From Bigelowiella natans CCMP2755 (taxonomy: Eukaryota > Protista > Cercozoa), in the NCBI GenBank assembly GCA_000320545.1, contig ADNK01002756.1, positions 1 through 52,166 of the forward strand: a stretch of DNA of 52,166 nt. Reading direction: 5' to 3'. The stretch's first letter is position 1. Every line of letters starts with the position of its first letter. Position numbers and translations under genes: made by a program. The notes under the pieces were generated by a model, which saw nothing but the letters and a program-made list of their open reading frames with translations, made no database searches and was not told where the DNA came from. Positions 1 to 11,794 of the stretch are shown piece after piece.

Positions 1-205
1 AAGAAGAAGAAGTTATCGACAACAAAGACTATGATGCTGCAAACGATCAGAACGATGGTGTTGGAAGCGAAGAGGGGAGTGGAAGAAGAATATTGAATAC
101 ATTCAAGCTATTAATACCGCGAGAACACGAGGGGGAGAAGAGCAGTTCGATTGCGATATGTCTCCACAGAATACCGAAGAGGTTGGTGCAGCAGGAGGAA
201 AATAC

Positions 206-212
<7 letters not shown>

Positions 213-253
<41 letters not shown>

Positions 254-260
254 TGTGTGT

Positions 261-301
<41 letters not shown>

Positions 302-305
302 TGTC
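213..305. repeat. (GT)n microsatellite, probably intronic
   Basis: About 90 bp of near-perfect GT repeat. It stands for many similar (GT)n/(AT)n/(AG)n/(CAT)n/(TAC)n tracts in introns across the window. Confidence 0.95.
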
Positions 306-370
306 ATCTTTCCAATGGAAATGATTGGAAATCAGAGTCGAGGATATGCACCTCCCTTTATCTTTGTCAC

Positions 371-1210
371 CTGTTCTTCCCAAAGCTTTGGTGACTCTCC
401 GCCCCCTCTCTGACGATCAGTTCCTGAATGAGTAATTACGTCACGCCATTGATGACGATGAAGGTGCTGGCAATGAGCAGCGTATGGATAGTGACGACAA
501 CATCAATGGTTAAAAGCAAACGGAGATGTTTCCAACAACCCCATTGATTATTTGCTGTTCGTCCCTTGCTGTCGTGCTAATGCTACTGCTGCTATGGTAT
601 TTCCCCCATCATTACCTTTCCAGCCTCCTTGAGCGTCTGGATGAGCTTTTCTCTCTCCCCCGCGAAGTTTAGCGGTTCCACATCATATATTTGGCCGTCG
701 GGTCCATGGTAGATAAGCGGCTGCGAGTGTAGGTACACCAGATGGTAACGCATCTTGCTGTCCAAGCCCCGAGAAAAGGCTGGTGATGATATTGACGCCG
801 ACGATGATGGGGATGCGTTCTTATTGCCGTGGGGGTAATGGTGATGTTGGTAGTGTTGACGACGATGGCTTCTTCCAGTGTTCGTGCTCCCGCTGCTGCT
901 GCTGCTGCTCATGTAACCCTCATTCCTTGAGCCCTTATATTGGTGGCGCTGACGTTGGGTCATTGACCCCTGTTGGTCGCTTTTCCTATGATAGTTGTCT
1001 TCTTTCTCCTCCCTTACTATTCTGGGGTTGAAGGAACCTGAGATTCGTTAAGTGTGTCGCAGATGGTAGGATGACCGGCATTAGTAGTCAGTTTATTGAA
1101 CTATTGTGAATCTCACCATCCCGTTCCGTTCTACGCGCATCGTCATCATCGCTGCTATCACCACCCCCAGTCCCTTTCCGCCTCTCTCCAGGCACTGGAG
1201 GTTGCTCCAT
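371..1210 (-). CDS. 5' exons of a multi-exon gene continuing off the left edge; N-terminus of a CHAT (caspase-like)-type domain protein
   Basis: Exons 1210-1117 (MEQPPVPGERRK...), 1037-616 and 423-371 join in frame across GT-AG introns. The peptide YHLVYLHSQPLIY...VEPLNFAGEREKLIQTLKEAGK|ELIVRE resembles the start of protist CHAT domains (L.SxPL...L.F..ERE.L...L.EA). Catalytic His/Cys motifs were not seen in the window. Confidence 0.6.
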
Positions 1211-2241
1211 GCCTCCTTTTTAGAGTACAATTGATTATGAGTTGGTATCCTTGATGAATGTGACGGGCGATGAGAGGGGTGAGTTGGGGGGGGCGGGTCA
1301 ATGCAAAGCGGAAGGAATTGAGGCCCCATTTCTCAACCCTCGCAACCCTCTACCCAATTGCATATCATCCATGCCTCATTTAAATCGATTTCCTAAAAAG
1401 CATTGACTGCTCCGAGCGCCGCTGCATGCATGCATCCACATCCGCAAAAAATCGATAGGAATTACGGGGAAATGAAATTTATACTCCCCCAGCCACTATT
1501 CACCTTAGAGACTTCTCTTCTACGTCGAGTAGCCTGTGGGCACGTCGGGTGGGCACGTGCAAATCAGGTGGAAGGATGATGATGATGAAAGCTATTCCTG
1601 CGTTTTCAGGAGCTTCGTTGCAACAATTCATAAAAGAGAAATTAATAAAAAACAGAAATAGATTGAATAAATATTCTACGACAATAAAATATTCTTTTAT
1701 CTATGTTTAAATCGCCACTCTGGCAAAGGTCTTCGTACACTTTTTCGATATTTTTCCCACTTTTTCCTGAGTTTCAGATTTTAGTTGTGTGGCAAAAGAG
1801 AAAAAGTCTCCAAAAGAAACTCGGCGGCTGGATTATTTTCAAGTCTTTACTCAAAAGCTTCGTGTTAAAATGTACATACATCCAATCGGAGACATTTTGA
1901 CCCGGAAGCGAACGGACGTACGGAAAAAAGTCCTTGATTTCAGGATTTCCATCTCAAGCCTCACGAAAGCAGATGTATTTCTACCAGACGACATACCTGC
2001 TGAATCTTTTTGGAAAGTTTTTCTCGTTTCAGGCGACAAGCTGGTTCGAAATGAAATCACGAGATAACTTTTAGTGCGAAATACTTCGTGTAACAAATCA
2101 TTTAGATCTAAACAACGGATATTCTCATGGGGTCCTAGCGCGATTTTCTTTCAAACTTTTTACAAAACTTATTCAGAAGATTCCCCGTCGATATTTTATC
2201 AGATCGAAAGCTGCCAAGCTGCCGATGCCTGCCTCTCCTAG

Positions 2242-2934
2242 GGCTTTCTGGCCCCGAGAGCGACGCAGGGCGGCGCCAGCCTCTTTAATGAGGTTTGGGA
2301 GGAAGGCGAGGTTATGGAGGTCGCTTGCGGTCGTAATCATTGCATTTGCCAGTTTGACGAATCTGAAGGAGAGCCCGAGAATAGGTCGCTACTTGCATCA
2401 GTAGCCATTTGTGCGTCGACCGACAGTGTTGATCCCTCACACAAAACAGGTATATCCAGGCCTTGTAAGGTGCAAAGTTCTCTTGAAGAAAGGTTGGCAA
2501 TGCAATCGTTACTGCAGTAAACATTTCTTGATTATATTTAACGGAAGGCGGGTGCAGCATAGCGGTATCTTCCAAGCTCGGGTTCTTACTGCCGCCTTCG
2601 CGTCACTCGCCTCCTTCGCCTCGGTTTGTCGCAATTTGGCACCCTATAGCTACCGATGAACTAAGTTAATTCTTTATTGCTAAGGCACTGACTTTGGGGG
2701 AGAAAGCGGAGGCAGCTGCAGCGCAAAAGGTAACTGAGTTTAAAAAAATGGACGAAGAAAGACAAGAGTGAAGAAGAACTCGTAATCTGAATGTAATTTG
2801 AACGATGTGAAACTTGGTAGTCAGAAGATGGAGACGACGAGGACGAAGATGGAGGATCAAGCGACTTCGAACCTTCTTCAAAGGTGAGTGGGCCACCAGT
2901 TTCAATACAACACATCTAGAAGTTGCGCACTATG

Positions 2935-2991
<57 letters not shown>

Positions 2992-5781
2992 GCACGTGTA
3001 TGTAGAAGGCGAAAGGAGATAAAGGGAAAGCTTCTCTGGCAGCAGCAGGAGGGAATAGCAAGAAGGCGACGTCAGGGAAGAAGAAAACAGGCAATACCAA
3101 GACCTCAACAGCGTTAACATCATCCGCAAAAGCAAAACCCAGCGCATCGTCATACGGAGTTGCTACTCTACCCCACAAGAAGCTGCTAGCTTGGGCGAAG
3201 AAAGTCTTCCTTGACAAACGAGCTCTTGATGCAATACAGGTGATTGTCTGCTACTTGTAAGGATAATGATGGTGATGATCATGATCGTGATGATGATATC
3301 TGTGCTGATAGTGGTGTGGCATGGTAGAGAGATTAGCTGGGGTGAAATGGCCGATTTATTTATCTACCGAAGAAAATTTTTAGACGAAGGCAGTAAGTAA
3401 GCTCAGATTCAAATGTTGAAAACTGGTGTAGAAATCAAAACCAAGACACTCTAAGATGATGATGTCAATGAATGACAACAACAACTAGTACGAATAGCGC
3501 TATCGCCAATCAACAAACACGCACACACCTGCTCCATTTCGCTTGGATTTGAAATAGGAAGAGGAAATGGACGGGGCAACATTCAAATCTCTGGATAAGG
3601 TTCACTTTCAACTGCGATCTTTCTTGTACAAAAAAACGATGCAGGTAGACGCAAGAGTAGATTTCTTGGTGCACAACTCCGTGTATATGCAGGTCGCTTG
3701 GATATCTCGCGGTCTTACACCTGCGCCTGTGCGGAGGCTGTTACAAGGTCGTCCTTATGCCTTCCCTTGTTTGCTGCAGTACGAAAAGCCAAATGATTTC
3801 AAGCAGAAATCTAATTTCCGCCTTTTTTGTTAAAAATGTTATCACTGCGTAACACGAGTATCTGTGCGTTCTGCAGTCACAGAGGAGTTGGAAGAGAAGC
3901 TGAAGCTGGAGAATAGACGGAAGGTCGGCTCATTGCGAGCTTCGCGCACACACACACGCCTGTGCACTTAGAGGCCATGAAAATACTCCCTAGATGTTTC
4001 GTATGAGTCGCAGAGCTACTTATGGAGCAGCAGCTCATTTACTTGCGTGTCATTTAGGGCGGGGCATCAGCTGAGTACATATCCAGGGTGGAGGACATTG
4101 GCAGGATAGAGCATGTAGTAGAAGAGAGAGTTTCAATAAACACCCCCCGCTATGCTCCTGCCACTAGCATCGCAACTTCTAGAACTCATGCTGAATGTTT
4201 GAGATAGAGAGATTAGAAGAGAAAGGAGAGATCACACTATCTACTGTTCCCTCCCCCCCCTCCCTCCCCTCGCTCCTCTCTACTTGGCATAACGATATCC
4301 CCCTCCAGGACTACCTGCGGAGATTCAAGCTAAAGAAGATTTGCATTGAGCTTGACCTCGAGCTGTCAGGACTGGATGAGCTAGGTAGCAGCGCCTACAA
4401 ACAAAGCTAACAAAGCGACCACACCAAAACATAAGAACACAAATGCAGGCGTTGAGCACCTCATGATTACCGAGGTCTACGTGCAAATACTCCGATTGCC
4501 CTGCTGCTTCTTTCCGCACTTTTGCCAAAAATGAAGAACTGCCTACTGACCATGGCTCCACCCCATTCAAACATACGAAGGAATGCTGAGAAACATCGAG
4601 GAATTCGTGCACGAGCACGACCCCAAAGCAACGCTCGAGTACCCGCCCAAGGTCTAATTGCCTTGGGCTCGATGAGAAACATTTTGGTTGTAAAGATAAA
4701 TAAATAACTAGATGTGTCCGAAAATATAGGCGGAGTTGCTCGCGGAGGAGGAGACGAAGCTGCAGTACATGAGGGCCAACCCCCCCCGGGCGGATCCAGA
4801 TTCGGTATTATCTGCTAAATATAGCGCTGCTATTTGTGCCTTTGCCTGCTAGGACCTTTCCCTGCATTCTGCGCTGTCTAGTGAAAGCCGTCGTTCACTC
4901 CGATTTAATAGAGAAACCTGGCAAATATCTGCTCAGGCATTGGAGCGAATGCTAAATTTCGCGAACAAGTATATGGGGTACTCATGAGACTAATCTGTGC
5001 TCTGTTGCCGGGATGCCCTCATTACATCAAAAGTGTCCAAATCTTTGCCTCTGTTGTGTGTCCGTGCATGTGTCGCACAAAACATCAAAAGGAATGAGGT
5101 ACAGGATCTGAAAGGCCTTGCTGACCCCAACGAGGACAGGGCGGAAAGGTTCATATTTCTTAGTAATGCATTCTTACTTCCGATCTGTCGTATCATCAAG
5201 TGATGAAGCTAACACATGCGAGCGATATATAATTTTCCGTGTGGAGCTGGAGTATAACACGCCGACGCTCTTCTTCGATGTTCCTTGGCCAATTAGATTC
5301 AAAGACAGAGGGGTAGACATGCAGGATGGGATGTTCCCTAAGTCTCTAAAGGTGCGTTGCTGCTACTCGAGACTCGCCACTTCAATAGAAGAGTGTAAAA
5401 TTTGCTTGAAACAACGACATCTAGGGATTGGCAGCGCCGCAGGAAGAGAATAAAAAGACTACGGCTTCTGCAGCAAAGCCGGAGCCAACTCAGGCGAATG
5501 GAGAAGAAGACGAGTATGATCAGGTTCTCTGAAACCCCCTCCGTAAAGAATTCTTCCTTTAGTTTTTGGTATCGTCGTGCTGATAACAGTGTCCTGATAG
5601 TGTTCTTATCATTCCTATGCAGGATGAGGAAGCTTGGGATTGTTGACAGGGCTCACCTGGAGTCTATACACGATTTATCGGTTCCACGAGTATGTTTAGA
5701 CCACTGACCATGCATCAAACGCACTACGGAATGCTGAACAACATCGGAGAATTCGTACAGGACGAGCGCGACCATGACTAG
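2242..5781 (+). CDS. Multi-exon uncharacterised protein with a SAM-like domain, acidic/Lys-rich linker and an internal repeat; 5' end uncertain
   Basis: Phase-0 GT-AG exons include ALTLGEKAEAAAAQK, SEDGDDEDEDGGSSDFEPSSK, 3006-3239 (...VATLPHKKLLAWAKKVFLDKRALDAIQ) and 3558-3599 (EEEMDGATFKSLDK; SAM-like W...EE.DG..F..L). Later exons read DYLRRFKLKKICIELD and GMLRNIEEFVHEHDPKATLEYPPK|AELLAEEETKLQYMRANPP. The last exon ends ...GMLNNIGEFVQDERDHD with TAG at 5779-5781. Confidence 0.55.
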
Positions 5782-5799
5782 ATTACCAAAATTTCCACA

Positions 5800-6810
5800 T
5801 CGATCCTCACTGCACGCGATGAATGCCACATTGCACGCACAACTTGTGAACTAACACAATGCAAAAATGCTAATCATCAAACATGGGCCATTGTGCCCAC
5901 TAACTTCCGTCACCTCAGCAGTGAGCCTGACTAGCTGGGTCACAACGCGCGACACAGCTTGCACGCATTCATGTTGACCATTGCACGTGGCTCGTGCACG
6001 ACGTGCAACTGGATCATGTCACCCAGATCATTCGATTGGGACATTCAGCATTCTGGCATTGCACGCTGCTAGCTTTCACAGTGTTGAGTCCACTGTTCAC
6101 AATGGACAACAGGCTAGCAGGGGGCATGGCACACACCATGCTGGCATGGATCCTTGTCCATTGTCAAACAACCATGGAACCCCTCATGCTTTCAGTTGAA
6201 TTCACCTCCTTTTGTCCTAGTTGTCCCACATGACCGCAAATGATGAAACTCTCTGACAGTTCACGCTTGAGTGCAAATGTGACACCAACACCCGCAGTCA
6301 CATGCAAGCGTGCAACAACACGCGTGCTGGCACGTGCTGGGTGCATTCGTCATGATGTGACGTGTGCTCCAGCTAGCCAGTTCACTGAGTGCACTTGTGC
6401 AAAATCCAGAAATGCCAGAATGCTCGTTCGTCCTGTCGTGTCAGTCTGCAGTGCACCTCCCGCCAAACACGTGCACTCAATCAGGTAGTGCATGATCCTG
6501 AGCGTGCATTGTGCAATGACAAGACGGGACGAACAAGCATGCAATGCACGCAGCTAGCACACAGAAGAAGCTTGTTGATCATGCACACATGAAAAAGAAC
6601 AACATCCAGTGATGTTCATGCATGCTGGTGATGCAAATTTGAAATGAATGGATTGATGTTGATGGGCGTGCAACACGTGAGACAATCCATGAACGCACAC
6701 TTGTTATGGACGTGCAATGAAATGTGCACGTTGCATGCAGCATCACGGTGTCCACAGCTAGCACAGTGAGACAGATTTCCCGCCCTGGGCTGCAGGGCAC
6801 CAAAAGACAA
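5800..6810. other. TpA-depleted, CTAG/TGCA/CATG-rich intergenic tract 1 (between convergent 3' ends)
   Basis: Hand count for 5903-6825: 9 TA dinucleotides, 7 of them inside CTAG. Confidence 0.9.
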
Positions 6811-6811
6811 C

Positions 6812-9460
6812 TCAGAAATCTGGGCTAAGAGGGATCGCTGCTCGAGTTGCAGCCTTTTGCCAAGGCCAAACGTGCAGGTTGAACTCTGCAACGCTGTAGC
6901 TTTGCAGCGATTCAAAGAGCCACTTCGGGCTGACCACTTGGACAGTGCTGCTCTCAGGAGGCCTGAAGTCTTCCGGCCCAATACAGATCTGAGCCCTCTC
7001 AAAGGTCCTTACGATCTGAATTGTGTGTGACTTCAGCTCATTTGCTGCAAATCAATGCTAACCCTAATGCTAACCGTGGCTCCACACAAGTGCAAAAGCT
7101 TAATCAGAATCTTCCGAGGCGGTTCTTCCTGGTTCGGTGCTACGAACACCTTTTGGCGATGTAGCAGTTTTTGGCCTTCTAACGACACAAAGTAAAAAGT
7201 TAGGCATGCTTTGGCATATTCATATAACGTTAATGGACCCGCTCCTGCTTTGCAGATTCCAGGAAATACATCACTGTGCGTATAATCCTTCTCTGAAGGT
7301 AATTTCTGGTTTTCAACCGCGGCGTAGAGATAGCTTGGCTTCAATATCCAAGCTCCTGCACAATGCATATTCCCTCAATTCGATAGATAGTCTGTATGAA
7401 TAAATGGGTACCTTTGGCAAGGGCGAAAAGAACTTTTAAGGTTCGAGTCCCCCCGGATATGAGATGTGTGCATGCTCCCAAATTTGCCGTGGTTCTATAG
7501 TATATAGCACACTGATGTTTTAACAACTGGTCACATTTGATCGAAGTCTGATACCTGAACTTCATTGTCTTCCCCAAATCATAGAATAGATCCTCACACT
7601 GCTCATCACAGCAGCTTATTGCGAACACCTAATAATAACAACAGAGGCTTAGTTTTCCTCGAAGATGAAGTATATCTAGAAGGAGGTATACCAATTGGCT
7701 TCCTACCTTCTCAAATGACGCGGAAGATGCTTCTGCTTTCGATTTTTTGTTCTTCGAGCCCAAGGAGGAGCTGCTCTTGCGCTTATTTGTAATTCCTTTT
7801 AAAGTTCTTCGCTTATCATCCCTCCCTGTTTTCTTGTCTGCCCTTGGCCCCGTAGTTTTCTTGTTCGAGTTGGTTGCTGCCTTCTTTCTTATATTTTTGG
7901 ATGTAGCACCTTTTTTAGAGGCTTGTTTGCTCTTGGATCTTTTCGAAGTTGAAGGTTTCCGTTTGGATGATTGTACTGAACCGGTGTCTTCCTTTGTGGC
8001 ATTCTTTCCCGTATGCATTCCTCGTTCAGACATTTTTGCTAGCGGCAAATCCTCGTCTGAGCTCACATCCTGGATTTGGGGAGTCTTCGCAACATCTAGA
8101 CTATGACGAGATTCTTTGGAGATTTTTGTCAACGGGATATCCTCATCAGAGCTTTCATTCTGGTTGTTTTGAGAGTAATTCCTTACATTTGGCGAGGAAT
8201 CCGAGGAAGACGATGAGGACAGTATCTGAGGTGTCAGCTCAAGTGCGAGGTCGGGATCATGTGCTTTTTTGATTGCACTGTTAGGAGAAGATTTGCTCTT
8301 GGATCTGTTCCTATTGGCTGGAGTATGATCACCAGTATTTGCGGGTTTCGAGGACTCCGAAGACCTAGCGCCTGTGCTTCTACGTGGCTTCTTGGATGAC
8401 TGTTCCTCCTGTTCTTCCTCAGCATCATATTCTGACTGAAGCTTTAATGCGAAAGCTAGATCAGAATCAATTTCATCTATCTGATTTCGTCGTAGAGATC
8501 GTCGTCGTTTTGTCGTTTTCGTTTGGCTTTTGGCACTGTGATCGGACTTCTTGTCCTTCATTGGAATTTCCTTCTCCGCGCCCATTGTGTTGCTGGCTGA
8601 GCCCAGCTTAGGTTCAGTGTTACTATGTTTGGTTACTCTTTTCTGTTTCTTTTGAGATTGTGTTTTTCTTCTGTTAGTAACCTTCTTCTCTCCTTTCTTA
8701 GAGGCTGTAGAAGTGTTAGAGGAAACAGCTGGAGCTTTAGGTGTAACTCGAGATGACTGGGGCAAATCTGTGCTCCTTTTGGGAGTCTTCGCCTTGGGAG
8801 CCTTAGTTGCAGAATTTGCTGTATTTGGTGACATTGTTTGCTCAATTGGCAGCTCCTCTTCTGAGCTCTCAGCATCCAATTCAAGTTGAAGCTTCATTGC
8901 ATAAGCTAAGTCATCCTCCATCGTATTGGAGTTCTTAGTATCTACCACAGGGGTTTCTTTAAGCCGAAGACTCTGTCGTCGCTTAGACAAGGTTCTTTTC
9001 TCTTCCAAATTTGTGGGCGTAGCATTTATTTTATTTGGACTCATCGTAGCTTTTTTTTTAGCTCCTCTGCCGTTTCTGCTACTTCTCCTCCTTTTAGCTT
9101 TGGAGGTTTCTTTAAGTCTTGGGACTCCCGATGATGATGGAAGTTCTGATAATATATTGTCTTTTATGCAATATGCTACAAGAGAAATGTTGAGAGGATT
9201 ATTACCAGGCTCGTCACTCCCAAACGCTCGCTGTGATGAAGAAAACCTTGGATCTTCAGGCTCAAGAATACCCTCCAAAGATTTGGGTTCATATTCCTAT
9301 ATGGATGCTGAGTGTTAGACCTTGCTATGAGATAAGAGCCGGAAATAGAAAGTGTTCACCTTTTTTCGCGGTAGCGTCTGTAGCTTGGCAGGATAGCGGC
9401 TCTCAGTTATGCGAATTCCCAATCTCTTACATCTAAAGTAACGCGATTACATGTAAAATT

Positions 9461-9500
<40 letters not shown>

Positions 9501-9965
9501 CGTGTTTGTGTTTGTGTGTGTCAGTGTAATCATGAAATATCACATAAATTATATATGGCTGTGTGTGTGTGCGCGCGCGGTGATTTTATACTCTGTAATC
9601 CATTGAGGAGAAACAATCTTCACGTTTTCATTATGCTCGCAGTAGCTCAAGGTGCTTGCTTTCCCCGCTTTGAAGACACAGTGCGTTATTCTACTACTCC
9701 ACTTTTTACTGACCTCGCCCCCTAATATGGTGAATAGAAACTCTTGATTTCCTTGAAACTGATAAATACCTTGACCAGAATTTCTACCGAGTGTTTCAAT
9801 TGCTTCCACGAATGCCTTTGAGGAATTTATCTCTCCTGATTCTCCACACCGTACTAGGTTGCAAGCACAACAGTTCAATCAAGTCTGGAGGGAAAAGGAG
9901 GAATAAATAAGTGGCTTACTGTCAAGATAACAGACGCAGCCTTCCAGGACGTCATCATCGGCCAT
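6812..9965 (-). CDS. MCPH1: Microcephalin/BRIT1-like protein: N-terminal BRCT, long basic disordered linker, C-terminal tandem BRCT
   Basis: Spliced N-terminus MADDDVLEGCVCYLD|IRCGESGEINSSKAFVEAIETL|GGEVSKKWSSRITHCVFKAGKASTLSYCEHNENVKIVSPQWITE|CKRLGIRITESRYP matches the MCPH1 BRCT1 pattern (LKDVVAYVEV...NYSKTF...MGAKVSK...VTHVIFKDG...VKLVSVLWVEKC). C-terminal exons THLISGGTRTLKVLFALAKG, WILKPSYL, KVFVAPNQEEPPRKILIKLLHLCGAT|IVRTFERAQICIGP...VVSPKWLFESL match MCPH1 BRCT2/3. TGA is at 6814-6812. Confidence 0.85.
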
Positions 9966-10249
9966 GCTTTCTATTCCCTGCATTTATGTGCATTGAACAA
10001 CACATTAAATGTCCACAAGCAAATTCACACACATGCGTACAGGCGGTCATGCACATGTACACACACATATAGACATTGCACACCAGAGTTGCGTATGTTT
10101 ATCTTTGTATCAGAGCGAGCTTGGACGACGGGAAGGCCTTATCTGCTGGATGTTGTGTTTTGGAGGGAAGCTGTTTCCAAAGAGAAGGGCGATTTTAGAG
10201 TGAACGACATCGTGAGAATGAGACGCACAGCACATTATTAGACATGGAA

Positions 10250-11700
10250 CTTGGTTGGGGACAAAGTTGTTTCATATTGTCTGTCAGTAGTTGGGCCATT
10301 TTTCTTTGGTGATCTCATTGGTGTTCCGTCACAATTGCAACAGACCAATTCCACAACACAAACAACAATTGGGCGGTGGAGTGACAGCGCCAGCAATGCG
10401 TTGGAGGAAGATGAAGAGAGGGGAACTGAAGTTCAGAAACAACAGACACAGAAAACACAGCTGGGAAGTCAAAGGACAAGAACAGAACAGCCAACTGACT
10501 GACTGTCCAAACTCAGAGCAGACCCTCACTTTGCGACGTGAGCGGCTGTCAAAAAAGTGCACGATGCAATTCAAATGACAGCACCCTCAATCACACTCAA
10601 AGCTGTTCTTGGTGTGCTTGACACACGTGACGAACACTCGCCTGTCCAGCTGTTTCAGGAGGCGTGCAGGAGTGTCATTGTCTGCGCAAGGAAGGATGCA
10701 GGAGTGCTGTCTGAGGACTGCTAGACTGGGAGGCGCAGAGGAACGTTGTTTCTGCGCAAAGAAGGCTGAAGGAACACCACCTGAACTCACAAAACTGCAC
10801 ATTGTCATTGTGAACGAAGATTGCATCGGGGCACAGGTGGACAGCTAGACAGGCTTCTCGTTGTCAGCGCAAAGTGCGCAACACTTTGAAGAACGTGTGA
10901 ACGTGTGAACGCAGCATGCCAGCATGCACAAGCAAGGCTTGCTAGCTTGCAATTTGTCTTTGCCACGTGCCATCAAAACGCAACAATCTTTTTGCAATCG
11001 ACTTTGTTTGGGTGGGCGCTGGAGTGTTCTCTTGTTGTGTTTGCCTGCCACTGCCTGGCAGCCTGCAACTGCGTGCACCACTGGCTAGCTGGACCAGTGC
11101 ATTTGAAAGACACGCAATGAACGGTGCAAAAATTTGAGCAGATGCATTTGGCATCTGCATGTGAAGAAACAAATGAGCTTTGTTGAAAGAAGGCTTTGTC
11201 TGGGAGTCTGGGACACATTCACAACAGACACAGCAGTGTGACAACGTGTGTTGCACTCTGTTGTCCACAACTAGACAATGAGAAAGAGAGAGAGAAAGAG
11301 ATGGGGAAAGAAGCGCGTTTGACTAGTTGACAACAGACATGTCGAACGAAGAATGCGTGTCTCGAAAGAAACAATGCAGGCTAGCAGGGCAGTTTTGACA
11401 GGAGTGCTAGACTGGAGAGCAGAGCGGGGAGTTCAATGCAAGTCTAGAAGTGTGCACATGAGCACGCAGCTTCAGTCATGGTTCTGAATCATTCCACCTT
11501 CAGTGTAACCCAGCAATTTTTAGTGTTCCAAAGGTGGATGTCCCATGAAACAGGCCAACTGTCTTTGCAAAGATTGACCCCGGCTCGCACAACCAAGCAG
11601 CAAGCTCATCACATCATTGCTGCATGCTGTGAGCACACATGTACGCATCGAAGGGCTACTTTACCCACGCTAGCACGTGCATGCAGAGACGTTTGCTACA
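10250..11700. other. TpA-depleted, CTAG-sparing intergenic tract 2 (downstream of the gene ending at 11795)
   Basis: Hand count for 10291-11505: 9 TA dinucleotides in about 1.2 kb, all 9 inside CTAG. Confidence 0.92.
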
Positions 11701-11794
11701 GATGCACTAGAGTTGTTCGAGAAGTTGAATGCTCAAAAGGTTCAGCATTTCGTTTCAATGAAGATCGTGACTCCGTGACGTATGAACGCGCCCG

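Noticed and set aside
47-394. ORFs made of HT/CV/IY/ER/poly-residue repeats here and throughout the track
   Set aside because: They are translations of intronic microsatellites.
1690-2200. Possible MITE or DNA-transposon remnant (phased A/T runs; similar texture at 21330-21480, 28150-28450 and 39830-40000)
   Set aside because: I could not find terminal inverted repeats, a target-site duplication or alignable copies by eye.
2826-2872. RIKRLR peptide shared with ~5448-5465 in an alternative frame
   Set aside because: Splice phases support the other frame in both places (SDFEPSSK; EENKKTTAS), so this is probably coincidence.
5623-5781. Possible selenocysteine readthrough (WDC-UGA-QGSPG) in the last exon of the SAM-like gene
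   Set aside because: An in-frame AG acceptor lies directly after the TGA (ttgacag|GGC), so ordinary splicing removes it, and I could not identify a SECIS.
5981-6803. Cluster of Cys/His-rich short ORFs, also at 10.0-11.3 kb and 28.5-29.3 kb
   Set aside because: They are by-products of TA depletion (few TAA/TAG stops, many TGC/CAC codons), are open in several frames at once and show no domain pattern.
10250-11700. Fungal-type RIP or 5mC CpG decay as the cause of the tracts
   Set aside because: RIP increases TpA and CpG decay removes CG; here TpA is lost and CG persists.
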